From assembly GCF_018350175.1 (NCBI RefSeq), contig NC_058368.1, forward strand, positions 105,464,001 to 105,528,000: DNA of 64,000 bases. Direction: 5' to 3'. Made by a program: the position numbers and the translations under genes. The notes under the pieces are model-generated. The model made no database searches. It had not been told where the DNA came from and saw only the letters and a program-made list of their open reading frames with translations. Of the stretch, positions 39,541-52,787 are shown in pieces. The DNA is from Felis catus (Eukaryota). Position 1 is the stretch's first letter, and every line of letters begins with the position of its first letter.

Positions 39541-39926
39541 ATAGCAGATTAAGTTAATTAATTTTTGTTAATGGGAGTGGTTCTATATACCATACGCTTG
39601 GGGCAATCTTCTTAGAGTACAGAACCGTAATCATTGATGCCGAAGATAGTAGTTATGAAACTGTGAGTTATAAGGACAATTATTATAATTTATGTCCCGT
39701 AGGCTCTGTTTTTAGAACTCTGTCAACTATCACAGATTTGTGGTTAACACTAACATTCATGTTTAAGTTCTTCGTGATCTTAGGCGGACTTGTTTTTTGT
39801 ATGTTTCACGTAGGTGAAGTTATTGCCTTGTCTTTTAATGGAGAATGAGGATTAGTTGAAAATTAGATTGTTTTTTTATTGTCATTAAAAAGCCTAGGTA
39901 AAATAATTTGAAAAAATATATTTAAA

Positions 39927-40143
39927 AAAAATTTTTTTTTCAACGTTTATTTATTTTTGGGACAGAGAGAGACAGAGCATGAACGGGGGAGGGGCAGAGA
40001 GAGAGGGAGACACAGAATCAGAAACAGGCTCCAGGCTCTGAGCCATCAGCCCAGAGCCTGACGCGGGGCTCGAACTCACGGACCGCGAGATCGTGACCTG
40101 GCTGAAGTCGGATGCTTAACCGACTGCGCCACCCAGGTGCCCC
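39927..40143 (-). mobile_element. Young SINEC_Fc
   Basis: CpG-intact body; perfect 18-nt TSD tgaaaaaatatatttaaa (39909-39926 and 40144-40161). Confidence 0.95.
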
Positions 40144-41342
40144 TGAAAAAATATATTTAAAGAAATTATTGCATCTAACCTACAATGTTTCTTCTGTGGC
40201 TTCAAAACCTAAGAATTAGTAGTCATTCAACTAAATATGGAATGTAAGAGCTGATCCAGGTTGATCTTAAGAAATACAATACATTAAATGGAATTTAATG
40301 AGTTTACTTGCCTAATAGATACTGGTCAAGCGAAAAAGGAAACTTAGGGTTATGACATAGATTTTTCTCTCTGGTAACACAGCATCTGGTATAGCTCATT
40401 TCTGTGAAAAATATTTGTATTAGGAAATCACTAGAGAGTATGAACCACTGAAAATGGCTTAAAAAAGTATGGTAGGAAATCTGGATGACAAGTTTGAGGG
40501 TTATATGATAATTTAGTTGATTTTTCCCCATTTAAAGAATGAGATTAAAAACACAGCTGTATTTTGTTCCCTGCTGTTGACATACAGGTAAAGAAAAATT
40601 ATGGGGATAGTGTCAGGGACATGATTCTAGACATAAAGCATTTTCCCTGCCCCAACACCTCCCTTCACCCTTCATGACCTGTTTAATAACGTTGTTTCTC
40701 GTTTGGAAATGTGTCATTTATCTTGGGTGTATTGGAACTGAACAAGAAAACTAAAGGAAGAGGGAGAGAGAGAGGGAAGCTAGAGAACAAAATATAAGAA
40801 TAATACAATCAGAAATGAAGGATAAAAACCATTTCATGTCTGAATCTGAGAAAAATTACAATGGAAAAAAAGCACTAAATGGTTGAATGCAGATGAAGAG
40901 TGCGTAAAGGCAGGAGTTAGGAATGAATCTTGGGAATCTGGCCATAACGGACTATAGGGGGAAACCTGTTCATTGGTGATGAGGAGTTTTAAATTGTTAA
41001 TGTTGTAATTTCATTTGTAGGAAGGATGCCAACCAAATACTGTAAAGTTGTGGCCAGAGAAACAAAGTCTGAATTGCCTATACTTAGCAAACAGTATTTG
41101 TTCTCCAGACACCACCAAAGTGTAATTAAAATTTGAAATGATTAAAATGGGTTTACTGTCATGATAAGATTTAAATTTTTTAAACACTCATTAATTAAGG
41201 TTTTCCTCTACTTTGTTGCTCTACATTTTTTTTTTAAAGGTAAAATACGTGCTGTACATTTTTTTTCTTAGGTAAAATATGCAGACTCCCTTGATTCTTG
41301 GAAATCTGTATCCTCTTAAACATGACTAAATGTATTTAGTGA

Positions 41343-41588
<246 letters not shown>

Positions 41589-42324
41589 TAATATTCTTAT
41601 CATTTCTTAAGAGAGCTTGTCTGTTACAGAAGACCATATTAATAACATGTACCTCTTTTTCTTGTATTAAATTCAGTAAAGGAAACAGGATATATGTATT
41701 AATGGAATCATACTATAGTTGATTTCCTCTAAATTATATTCTGTTACCTCTTATAAATCTCACATATGGTCATTTGTCAGAAATTAAGTATGAAATGATG
41801 AAATTGTTGGAAGCATCAGAATCAAGAAAGCTGAACGGGCAATAGAGCTGATAGATTCCTGCTTCCTTTTCTGCTATGCCATTATTTTCTCAAAGAGAAA
41901 CGTATAAAAGTTAATGAGGAACAAAATAAAGGAGAAATTGTTTTCTTAAGTGTTGAGGTCACTTCACTAGATAGGTTTGAGTGACATAGTTTCAGATTTG
42001 CTTCTGTTTTTCTGTGTTCACATAGGCACTAAGGAACTGACTAGAGTAGACAGGTAAACTAAAAGGCCCTCCCATTTAGACTTTGGGGGTACTTAAGAGT
42101 TGTGTTGACATTTAGAAAAGAAGTCAAGGAGAAGTCCCACTTCTAGGAGTACTTTCATCACTTTTAATGAACAGAGTAAATGTGAAGCTCCAGGTAGTGC
42201 TCTTTGCCTATTCTTAAATGTTCATATTTTAGAAGACTATGTTCTATGTGTAAGCATAATAAATAAAAGTAAAAATAAATACAGGAAGCTCTGTCAAATA
42301 GTTGAGAGTTTTAAAAGATATGTG

Positions 42325-42440
42325 AGGAGCACCTAGCTGGCTCAATCAAAGGAGTGTGCACTTCTTGATCTTGGGGTGGTGAGTTTGAGCCCCACACTGG
42401 GTGTAGAGATTACTTAAAAATAAATATACTTTAAAAAATA
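42325..42440 (+). mobile_element. Short tRNA-derived CanSINE in intron 2
   Basis: gcacctagctggctcaatcaaaggagtgtgcacttcttgatcttggggtggtgagtttgagccccacactggg plus A-rich tail. Confidence 0.8.
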
Positions 42441-42853
42441 AAACATGTGTGAACAATTGGCATTTTGTGTTGACAGATATTTTGTAATACCTGAATCTTC
42501 TGAAGGAATCAGGAAATAAGTCTGTTGATAAAGAACAAACAAAAATTAAACCTAGTTGCTTTGATAAATGGGAACAGGAACTACTTTCTTAGGGTTGAAG
42601 TCTTAAAATACCCTTTTACCTTGTTCAGTTGCTTTTGCTGCTGTGTGTGTGTTATATTATCCTTAAATTAGCTTACATTTTAGCTCTCAGTAAATTCTTT
42701 TAAAAATAATATAAAGAAAAGGATAAGAGATTTAAAGTGATTTTCTATAGTTCTAAATGTATGTTATCCTCCTTTTGGCTAGTTTAACATTTACTGATGT
42801 ACTATGTTTGATCACTTTGCTTCATCTGTAACTTGGCTTCTTTTCTTTTCTAG

Positions 42854-42929
42854 GTACGTTGTATGTTGAACATTTGGGGTGTGATGCTCTTCATTAGGTT
42901 GTCGTGGATTGTGGGTCAAGCTGGAATAG
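42854..42929 (+). CDS. SLC12A2: SLC12A2 exon 3 (76 nt, TM1)
   Basis: Acceptor ttttcttttctag|; translates [25 protein letters not shown](G), the cation-chloride cotransporter TM1 signature; donor ATAG|gtaagc. Confidence 0.97.
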
Positions 42930-43227
42930 GTAAGCGAAGTTCCATACTGCTTGATTCACTTGAGAATGAGTAAGCAGAGTAGCTGTGTGCTCATCTAGCC
43001 TGGGAACCTCCTAAAATTCAAACAATTAGAAATTATTGTACGCTGTGTTTTCTTTGTATCAGATTGTTGTCTTAATGTTCCTTTTTTTATAATTTTGGTT
43101 TGGTTTTTCTAAAATGGGGTAAAAATAAGGTAATTCTTCACTATAACGTAAATTAGGTTTATTAACCTTTTCTAGATAGAGCAAGTTGAAATAAGTATTT
43201 CTCAGCCTCTTTTCTTTTCCCCTCAAG

Positions 43228-43323
43228 GTCTGTCGGTTGTTGTAATTATAATGGCCACTGTTGTGACAACTATCACAGGATTGTCTACATCAGCAATAGC
43301 TACTAATGGATTTGTCCGAGGAG
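43228..43323 (+). CDS. SLC12A2: SLC12A2 exon 4 (96 nt, TM2 and ICL1)
   Basis: Acceptor ttttcttttcccctcaag|; translates (G)[31 protein letters not shown](G); donor GAG|gtaaat; phase 1-1. Confidence 0.97.
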
Positions 43324-45079
43324 GTAAATTCAGTCTTCTTACATCATTGTTACGAGATTACTGTTACTAATAAAGTGAGGTTTAAATTTTTAAATTATTT
43401 TTTACCTTTCAAAAAGCAACATAGGTCTGTAGAGGTGAGAAATGATACTGAGCACTTTCAAACTAGTATATTTAAATATAAAATTTTATTTCAGCCCATA
43501 CAAAAACATGTATGTGTCCAGTTACTTAGGATGCTCAATGTATTTTGTAGCAAGAATGGAGCTTCTAACCGATTTCTTCTCAGTTGGGTTGCCCCTTATT
43601 GCCTCTTCCCAGATTTCAGCCCTTAGATGAGTGGCATGCGTCCAGTATTTGTTTAGTATTCTATAGGTGTAACCTCATTCTTCCCATTTAGGGGAACTTT
43701 GACAGAGTTCTTTTCCCATGACCTGACAGCTGGTATATTACGCCCAGAACTTGGAATCCACACTATCAAGTCTTGGTCTCTTCTTTGGGTGCCCTGAGGC
43801 CTCTTTTGTTGGAGTCCACAAGATCTGCCTTGTGAGATTTTACCTTGCCCCCGCCCCCCTCCTGCCAAGGGAGAGAACCCAGGAGATCAGGGGAATGGCT
43901 TTGGGACCTCTTGGAAGAAGAAGAGAAGAATTCCATTTTCCAAATCAGAACCCGTCTTTAGCTGGAATGAGGAGATCCCTAGAGAAAGGGGAGAACATGA
44001 ACTTTAGCATCTCCTGTAAAGTTGTCAGAGTGGATCGACTGACAAGAGGATCAACCTGTACCATCTGCCTCACCTATTTTACAGATCAGTTTGACATTAT
44101 GTATACACAATTTCTGTTTTATCTGCATCAGCTATTTAGAGAACTACATTGAGCCTTTCATTCTTCCTCATCGTCTTCCTATTTCTTACTTACCAGAATA
44201 TCCAAATCACTGTGGCCCTGGGGGAAGCTAGTAGCAATATGATTATGGCCGTGCTGAGCATGCATGACTGTTGGCTGAAGTTTTATGTGTACATGAGTCT
44301 ACACTGAGCCATATTGTGGTGTAAGGTATGGATTTGTCCAAAAGTGTTTCGTCAGGCTACAGTGAGACTTTCTTTTTGGCTTCTTGCGTACTGGGTGCCC
44401 CATGCTTCTTTTATTTCCGCTACTTCCATTCTGGGCAATAGAAGTGAAAGGAGAAACGAATGCGGTGTTAGGTACTTGTGGGGACCAGCAAGTCACCAAA
44501 GAACTTGTCCCTATCTTCAGACTTTCCAGTCTAGGTTGTAAGCCTCAATGGGGGCACTGGGGCATGAAGCCGTTAGCAGCATGAATCCCACAGACTGTTA
44601 TTCTCCATGTGAACACAGACTTAGGGGAAGCATAGATTCTCCTACATCATGACTGAAAAGCCGTTTTCATCTTTTGATACTGCCAGTAGTTTTTGTATAT
44701 ATCCATGAGTACACGTACTTTAGAGACTTTGACCACAAACTTTGAAACTTTGCTAGAAGGTATTCGGTTTTCACTTGTTGGTGACTTTGGAAATTTGGCT
44801 GATCGTTGACAGAATATAAAAAAGTTGTTTCATCACCTGCAGTGAAAGTTTCGTGGAGTTTTTTTTCAATGACTGTAAGCCCCTTCTGTCACCTCTATCT
44901 GCTTCATGGACTTGAACAGCCGTAATGGGATTTATTTATGTTCCACAAAGTAGATACAAGTCTAAATCTGGCGAGAATATATTGCATCCTATAGTCATGA
45001 TTCTAAGTTGAATATATTGTTGTGATTCACACGTTTTATTCCAAAAGTCCCTGTCGTTTACTTCTTTGCATAAAAATTC

Positions 45080-45800
45080 CCTGTAACAAATGACCAGCCC
45101 AGTAGCAGTGAGCACCCCTAGTGCCTATGTTGTGTATTTTCATTCAGAGGAACCAGGGGACCTTAGAGAAACAATTGATTTCCAGATCTGGGCAGGAAAT
45201 GTACTACAAGAGCCTAGACCTCTTTTCACATTGGAAAGTAGAGAGGTAACAAAGGTGCTTGGTTTCAGGTCAAAAGGACCCAGGAGCCAACTTGAAGAAG
45301 CTAACACTGACCTAAGTTTGGATAATTTGAACAGCAGTACTACTACTAATAACTGTTTTGAATGAAGATATAATATATGATAAAATCCTTAGGTTCACAG
45401 ACACCACAAAAAAAGATCTTTTCATTTTTTTTTACCTTTGAAGAATGCTAGGGAACTAACTTATTAGCAAAATTGATAAATAAATATAAAGAATCTCCTG
45501 TTGAATCAAGCTTTCTTGAATGAAAGTGTCCTTACCTAAATTCAGTGTAAGCAAGAAATTGATGAGATTTGTTCTCTGATAATTATTCTATGTGATAAGC
45601 GAAGAAGGAAAGAAAATTAAAATGTTCCAACTTTGTAAGCCTTTTACTCAATAAAAGTATCTGAACGATTGTTTTCTGAGAAATTGAATCTGAACTATGT
45701 CATTGCCTGTAGCTCCAGGAAGCATTTTATATAATATGCAAGGGAGACAGGAACTTAGTAAATGACACTGTAGGATGACTCGATCAAATTCCAGACTGGG
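45080..45800 (+). mobile_element. L1MC4/5-like 3' UTR fragment
   Basis: 'gcagtgagcacccctagtgcc', 'ggaaccagggg..cttagagaaa', 'tgggcaggaaatgtac'. Confidence 0.55.
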
Positions 45801-48800
45801 AATGTCTCTGGAACAAGAATCCCACACCCCCCCCCCCTTTTTTAAGTAATGTGTACACCCAACATGGGCCTCAAACTCACAACGCTGAGATCAAGAGTCA
45901 CACGTTCCACTGACTGAGCCAGTCAGGCACCCAGGAATCCTTATCTGACATAGTTTTCTAAGGAGAAAAAGAGGGAGAGAGTTAGGGTTTAAAACTCATG
46001 TATAGGTATGAGTTTGTTGGCCATTTGTAACTGTAAACTACTTTGTCTTTTAGTGGGTTGGGACCAAGAGTGCCAAGTTTGGATCTCCTGTAGCCCCATC
46101 ACTGAGGATTGATTTTCACTTCCTCTCTTAAAAGGCCTACATAGGGAAGAGAGGAATGGAGCTAGAAGTGTCCATAGGGTCAGGGTGCTGAAGGCTTAGA
46201 TATCTAATGGAGAAATGGAAGGGTATCATGGGAATAGTGATGTTTTGAGGCCCATCTCAATTTTCTATGATTGATTATTAAGGGAATTAACAAGGAAATA
46301 TTTTACTGAAAAGTTGTGGTTGTTCTCTATAGAGGTTTTAATTTGGAGAGACTCCTTTTGAACTTGCCTAGTTATCTTATTAATATAAAGAACTACTTGA
46401 GGTAGTGTTCAACAGTTTATCTTGATTCTTAACTTATACATTGATTTATATTTTATTAATATTGAATAATATTTTATTCTTGGTTTCTAGGGTATGTTTC
46501 CAGCTGTGTGGCAGTATGTGAAATGTATACTTTTCCTATGTGCTTTTTGCCATAGGAGAGGTTTAAGTTTACCAAGTAACCTTAACATTGGCTTTAACAG
46601 TACATTTTGGAGATTAAACAGATACCAATTTAGAAAAGTGTAGTTTTTTTAAATATGAAATAACTGCTAACTTAGAAACAAATATAATGTCCAGTTATGA
46701 AGTCTAGGATAAAAATAATATAACAACGTTCAGGGTTTCTTTAAAAAAAAAAAAAAGAGTCAAAACTTAAAAAATATAAGATGCTTAGTTTTGGGCTGGA
46801 TTAGATTTTAGTAATGAAGTTTGGATAATCATTACAACTACTAGCAGGTGAGAGCATCATCCCCTCAGTTCTCTCCCTGCACAGAATAAGAGGAGCAGTG
46901 CTGAGTAACTTTGGCACATCTTTACCTTCATCTCTGGCATAGTCCTTAGCCCAACAGACACATACATTGTACAGATAGTCAGGAGCCCAGAGCTCTTTAC
47001 TGTGCCACAAATCCTGTCCGTGTTGAGACCTGGGTTTTACAGAATTGACCTGTGTTATGTTCAACGAATTCCGCAACCCAGATGGTGCTGGCCAGCGGCT
47101 GCTTTCACTGAGATCTGTATTTTCTAGATGTCACAGGCCAAAGTTCTTCCATCCACAAATAATTAGTCTGTGAATATGAACTCATTTATGACATAGAGGA
47201 CAAGCAGAGGCAGCCTTTTATAACATGAAAGTGTAAATACCAGTTGTTCATTGTTTTGTGTTATATGACCTGAGGGTTAAGTTGAAAACAGAGATTAGTG
47301 CAGTTTCAGATAAAAATCCAGGTTACGCCAAATTCAGAGGAGTAGTTCTGAACATGTAAAATCAACATAAATGACCAAGGTGAAATTTTATATTACTTGT
47401 ATTTCAGTCACTCAACAGGTAATTGTTGAGCTCTTGGTGACAGGCACTGGGTTTGTAACCATCACTGTCAGACAAAATCCTATTTTCTTGGAGCTGTGTT
47501 CAGATAATAGTGGCAATTATTTTTTGAAACATAACTGCTGGGCATGATAACATGCTTTTGACCTACATTATCAGATTTAATGCATCATAGTTGTTAGTTC
47601 CATGTATAATTTGTACGGATGAAGAGAGCGAAAATGAAACACACTAATTTTTTCAACAAATTTAAATGTTATGCAGGTTTTACTGATGAATCTTTAAGTT
47701 TCTGCAGTATGTCAGGATTTTCTTTATATACACTGTTTCATTTTGCTGAAATAATTGAAGACCTCCTCATTCTGTATATAGGTAAAACTAAATATTGGAA
47801 GTAATCCTAACATTTTTCACATGGATTCTAAGTGACAGAAAGTGCTTTCTGTATTAGTAAAATCAGATTATCATTGATTGTGCAATTTTTTGTTTAGTCT
47901 ATTATGTAACTATTCATTCCTTTCATCACCAAGCAATGAGTTGTAACTTAGAAATAAGCTCCATAGTTCTTTCCTTTTATTGCTAATTTCTTTCAAATTA
48001 CAGCTTTCCAGATCAGTGAAATGTTTGAAGAAGCTGTAAAAAGCAGTTCTGTAACAGTTGTATTATGAGGTTTTATTAGACTTCAACATAACATTGTGTT
48101 TTCAGTTTAGTAAAAACTTGATTTAACAAACCACAAGTGGCTCAAATGTGAATCTGGCAAGTAGTTGTAAATAATTTTTCATTTGGGTTTTCTCTTGGAC
48201 TTACTTAGTGGCATTTCAATTTTGCCAGTCGTTAATGATTAAAAATACTTGAATGTCATTCTGAAATTGTCTACTGCAGAATTAGGGCTCTATGTCTTGA
48301 CTCTTCAAGTTTAATATTTAAAGTGATCAGTTGCAGTGGTAATATAGCACTCAGTCCTAGTCAGAAGATTCCGTGTTGGTTCACACATCTTTCTCTACTT
48401 GACTTAATAATGACAACAGAATACAGCAAATTTGACCAGTGTTAACAGGCACACAAAGTATTGTGTATTGGTAAACCAGGGTATTAGAATGTATTTCCTA
48501 GAACAGTAACCAAAATGGATATTGGATCCTTTTGGGTCCATTATTGCCCCATTGTATTCTCAAAATCGTTCCTCAGAATGTTAACACAAGGTGGCTTTGG
48601 ATAAACTGATTGGTCAGTATACAGAAGTAGGTGGTTTATTGCTGTAAAATTCTGGTGTATTTTCTAAACATATTAGATGAATTTTGAACAGTAAATGTTA
48701 AATAGTTTACTTTCTCATTCGTAAGTTTATGACTTTTTCGTTATTTTGACCTTTTGATTTGTCTCTTCCTCAGTACATCAACAAAACCTTTATTTTATGA

Positions 48801-48961
48801 AATTTCCACAGATACAGTAGAGTATATAGATGATTCATATTATATATATATTGATCATTTCATCCACGGTAAACAAAGGATGTTTGGTCACAAACTTCAT
48901 TTTCGTCTGTTCAGTGGCTAACAGCTTTCTGGAGATTTTTATTAGTTAGAAATTTTGAACC

Positions 48962-49580
48962 TTTTTTTGTTTTGTTTTGTTTTGTTTTGTTTTGTTTTGT
49001 TTTGTTTTGAGTGTACTTGACCCACAATGTTACATAGTTCTAGATACACAACTTAGTGATTTGACAAGTTGTTACATTATAATATTTTCACAGGGGTAAC
49101 TACCATCTGTGTCATTACATCACTATTACAATATATTGAGTATTGTGCTGTGCCTTTTATTCCCATTCTGACTTATTCCTTCCATAATCGGAAGCTTGTA
49201 TCTTCCTCTCCTCTTCACCCACTTTGCCCAACTCCCCATCTGCCTTCCCTCTGGCAACCATCAGTTTGTTACCAGTATTTATAGGTCTGAATTCTGCTTT
49301 TTGTTTATTCATCTGGAGTTTAGGTAGGGTTTTTTTTTTTTTTTTTTTGGTTTTTTTTTTTTTTTTTTTTGGTTATTTTTAGATTCCTCTTAGGAGTGTA
49401 ATCATGGTTTTTTGTCTTTGTCAGTGTGACTTAGATCACATAGCGTAATCCTGCCTAGGTCCATGTATGTTGTCTCAAATGACACAATCTCATTCTTATT
49501 TATGGTTGTGTAATGTTCCATTATGTATACATACCACATTCTCCTTGTCCATTCGTCTATTGATGGCCAGTTAGGTTCCT
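48962..49580 (-). mobile_element. L1 3' end on the minus strand with (GTTTT)n tail
   Basis: Minus-strand remnant ...WPSIDEWTRRMWYVYIMEHYTTINKNEI... matches the L1 ORF2 C-terminus; T-rich tail at 48962-49008. Confidence 0.85.
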
Positions 49581-49584
49581 TCAA

Positions 49585-51655
49585 TATTAATTCAATGTAA
49601 TTCCTGTCAAAATCCAATGGCATTTTTCACAGAAATGGGAAAAATTATCACGGAACCATAAAAGACCCTGAAGAGTCCAACAGTCTTGAGAGAGAAAAAA
49701 GCTGGAGGCATCACATTTCCAGATTTCAAACTATATTTCAAAGCTGTAGTAATCAAAATGGTATTGTAGCGACATAAAAAGGTACATAGACCTGTGGAAT
49801 AGAATTGAGAGCCCAGAAATAAACTTATGCGTATAGAGTCATGTAGTATTTGACAAGGGAGCTAAGAATACTCAGTGCAAAAACAGTAGGCTCTTAAATG
49901 GGAACTGGATATTCACATGCAAAAGAAATTGAACTGTATCTTAAATCACTCATAAAAATTAACTCAAAATGGATTTAGGACTTAAATTTAAGACCTAAAA
50001 CCATGAAATTCCTAGAAGAAAGTATAGGGAAAAAGCCCCTTAACATTTGTCTTGCTAGTGATGTTTTGGATACAACAGGAAAAGCACAAGAACAAAAGCA
50101 AAAATCAACAAGATGACAAAAGCAAACATCAAACAAAAAGCAACAACTTCTGAACTGCACAAGAAACAATCAGCAAAATGAAAAGACAACCTACAGGATG
50201 GGAGAAAATATTTGCAAATCATGTATCTGATAAGGGGTTAATATCCAAAATAGAGAAAGAACTTACATAGTTCAATAGCAACAAACCAAACAATCTGATT
50301 TTAAAATGGGCAAGGCGCCCCAGTGGCTCATTCGGTTAAGTGTCTGACTTTGACTCAGGTCATGATCTTGCAGTTTGTGGTTTGAGCCCTGTGTAGGGCT
50401 CTGTGCTGACAGCTCAGAACCTGGGTTCTGTGTCTCCCTCTCTCTCTGACCCTCCCCCGCTCACTCTGTCTCTCCCAAAAATACATAAACATTAAAAAAA
50501 TAATAAAAACTAAAAATGGGCAAAGTACCTGAATAGACATTTCTCCAAAGAAGACAACAAGTTCATGAAAAGGAGCTCAACATCACTAATAATCAGGGAA
50601 ATGCAAATCAAAACCACAATGAATTATCACCTCACACCTGTTAGGATGGTTATTTTCAAAAAGATAAGAGACCGTAACTGCTGGTGAGGATGTAGAGAAA
50701 AGGGAACCCATTGCACTGTTGGCAGTGAAAATTGGTATGGCCACTGTGGAAAGCAGGATGGAGGTTCCTCAAAAAATAGAACTACCATATCATCCAGCAG
50801 TCCCACTTCCTTGATATTTATTCAGAGGAAGTGAAATTACTATTTGTTAGAGATGTTGCCGTTCTTGTGTTCATTGCAGCATTATTCACAATAGCTAAGC
50901 CTTGGGAACAACCTAAGTGTTCATCAGTAAATGAATGCATGAAAAAAACAACACACATTTTCACACACACAACGGAGTATTATCTAGCCTTAAAAGGAGA
51001 CGTTGCCATTTGCAACAACATAGATGAACCTTGAGGGCATTATGCCAAGTGAAATAAGTTAGAAAAAGCAAATACTATATAATCTCACTCATGTGGAATC
51101 TAAAAAAGCCAAACTCCTAGAAACAGATTGTAGAAAAGTTGCTACCAGGGGTTGATGAGCAAAGGAAGTGATGAGGAAGTTGGTCAGACTTAAAGTTACA
51201 AGCAGAGTAAGTTCTGAGGATCTAACATACAACATGCAGACTATAATTAGTATTGTATACTCGAAAGTTCCTGAGAGTAGATCTTAAATGTTCTTACCAT
51301 AAAACAACAGCACAAATGGAAATTCTGTGGGGTAAAGAATATATTAACCTTATGCTGGTAAACATTTTGCAATATGTATGTGTATCAGCACGTTACATTA
51401 TGTGTCTTTTTAATGGTTTATTTTTTTGGAGAGAGTGTGAACAGGGGAAGGGAGAGGGAGGGAATCCGCAGCACACACTGCACTATCTGCACAGAGCCTG
51501 ACGTGGGCTCGATCCCACACACAACCTGTGAGATCATGACCTGAGCTGAAATCAAGACCGCGATGCTTAACTGACTGAGCCACCCAGGCGCCCCCATCAC
51601 GTTGTGTATCTTATACAATGTTATAGGTTAGTTATATCTCAGTAAATCTGGAAAA
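49585..51655 (+). mobile_element. L1MA-like ORF2 3' part and 3' UTR, with CanSINEs at ~50312-50510 (+) and ~51410-51596 (-)
   Basis: 'aaagctggaggcatcacatttccagatttcaaactata', 'ggaaatgcaaatcaaaaccacaatga'; SINE TSD aaaatgggcaa. Confidence 0.9.
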
Positions 51656-52141
51656 TAATTAATTGACCCTACATGTGTCGGTCTGTTTCTGGACTCTCTC
51701 CTGGTACATTGTCTGCAGATTTGCCCTTAATCTAACACCATACTATCTTGGTACTGTGGTTTATAGTAATGCCTGAAGTTGGGTGTTATAGCTCCTTCTA
51801 CTTTGCCCTTTTTCAAAATTGTCTTGGCTATTCTAGTTCTCTTGCCTTTCCATATATATTTTAGAATTATCTTGTCAATTTTTGAGAACTGTCTTGCTGG
51901 AATTTAGATGAACTTGGGTTCAGTATAGAGATCAGCTTGGGGAGAATTAACAACTGTTAGGGCTCTCATTTCATAAATATGCTTTCTCTCTCTCTAGTTC
52001 TTAAAGTTTTAGTACACAGATTTTGAGGATATTTTTTAGTATTTCCTGGTTTTTCTGCTATTGTAAGATTTAGTTTCTTACTGTTTCTTGCTGGTATATG
52101 GAAATATGATGGATTTCTGTATATTTACCTTGTAATACTTT

Positions 52142-52787
52142 TGTAGTTGGGGTGTCCAGAGAAACAGAACCAATAAGGTGTGTTTGTGTCTGTGTGTGTC
52201 TAGAAAGACGTATTTGAAGGACTTGATTCACGTAATAATGGAGGCTGGGAAATCTAAGACCTGCAGGGTAGGTCAGCAGTCTGGAGACCCAGAGACAAGG
52301 TGTTCTCAGTTGATGTCTGAAGTCTGTCTCCTGCAGAACTCCCTCTTGCTACGGAGAGGTTTGTTTTTGTTCCATTCAGGCCTTCAGCTGATAGAATGAG
52401 ACCCACCCACGTTATGGTGGGCAAACTGCTTTACTTACATTCCACCAATTAAATGTAAATCTCCTCTAAAAACACCCTCACACAGGGCTGCCTGGTAGCT
52501 CAGTTGGTTAAGCATCTCACTCTTGGTTTGGCTTAGGTCGTGATCTCACAGTTGGTGAGGTCAAGCCCCGTATCTGGCTCCATGTTGACTGACTGGATCC
52601 TGCTTGGGATTCTCTCCCCCTCTCTGCCCCTCCCCGGCTCACACTCTCTTTCTGTCTCAAAATAAATAAACTTTAAAAACAATAATGAAATAAAAATACC
52701 CTCACAGAAACATTCAGAATATAATGTTTGATCTCATGTCTGGGCACCAGGGCTAGGCAAGTTGATACATAAAATTAACCCATCACA
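52142..52787 (-). mobile_element. MLT2-like ERVL solo LTR interrupted by a CanSINE (~52485-52696, +)
   Basis: Ends 'tccagagaaacagaaccaata' and 'caagttgatacataaaattaacccatcaca'; SINE TSD-like aaaa(c/t)accctcaca. Confidence 0.8.

Noticed and set aside
44640..44920. Two overlapping stop-free frames on the minus strand, considered as a processed pseudogene
   Set aside because: Translations resemble nothing I recognise; no poly-A tail or TSD.
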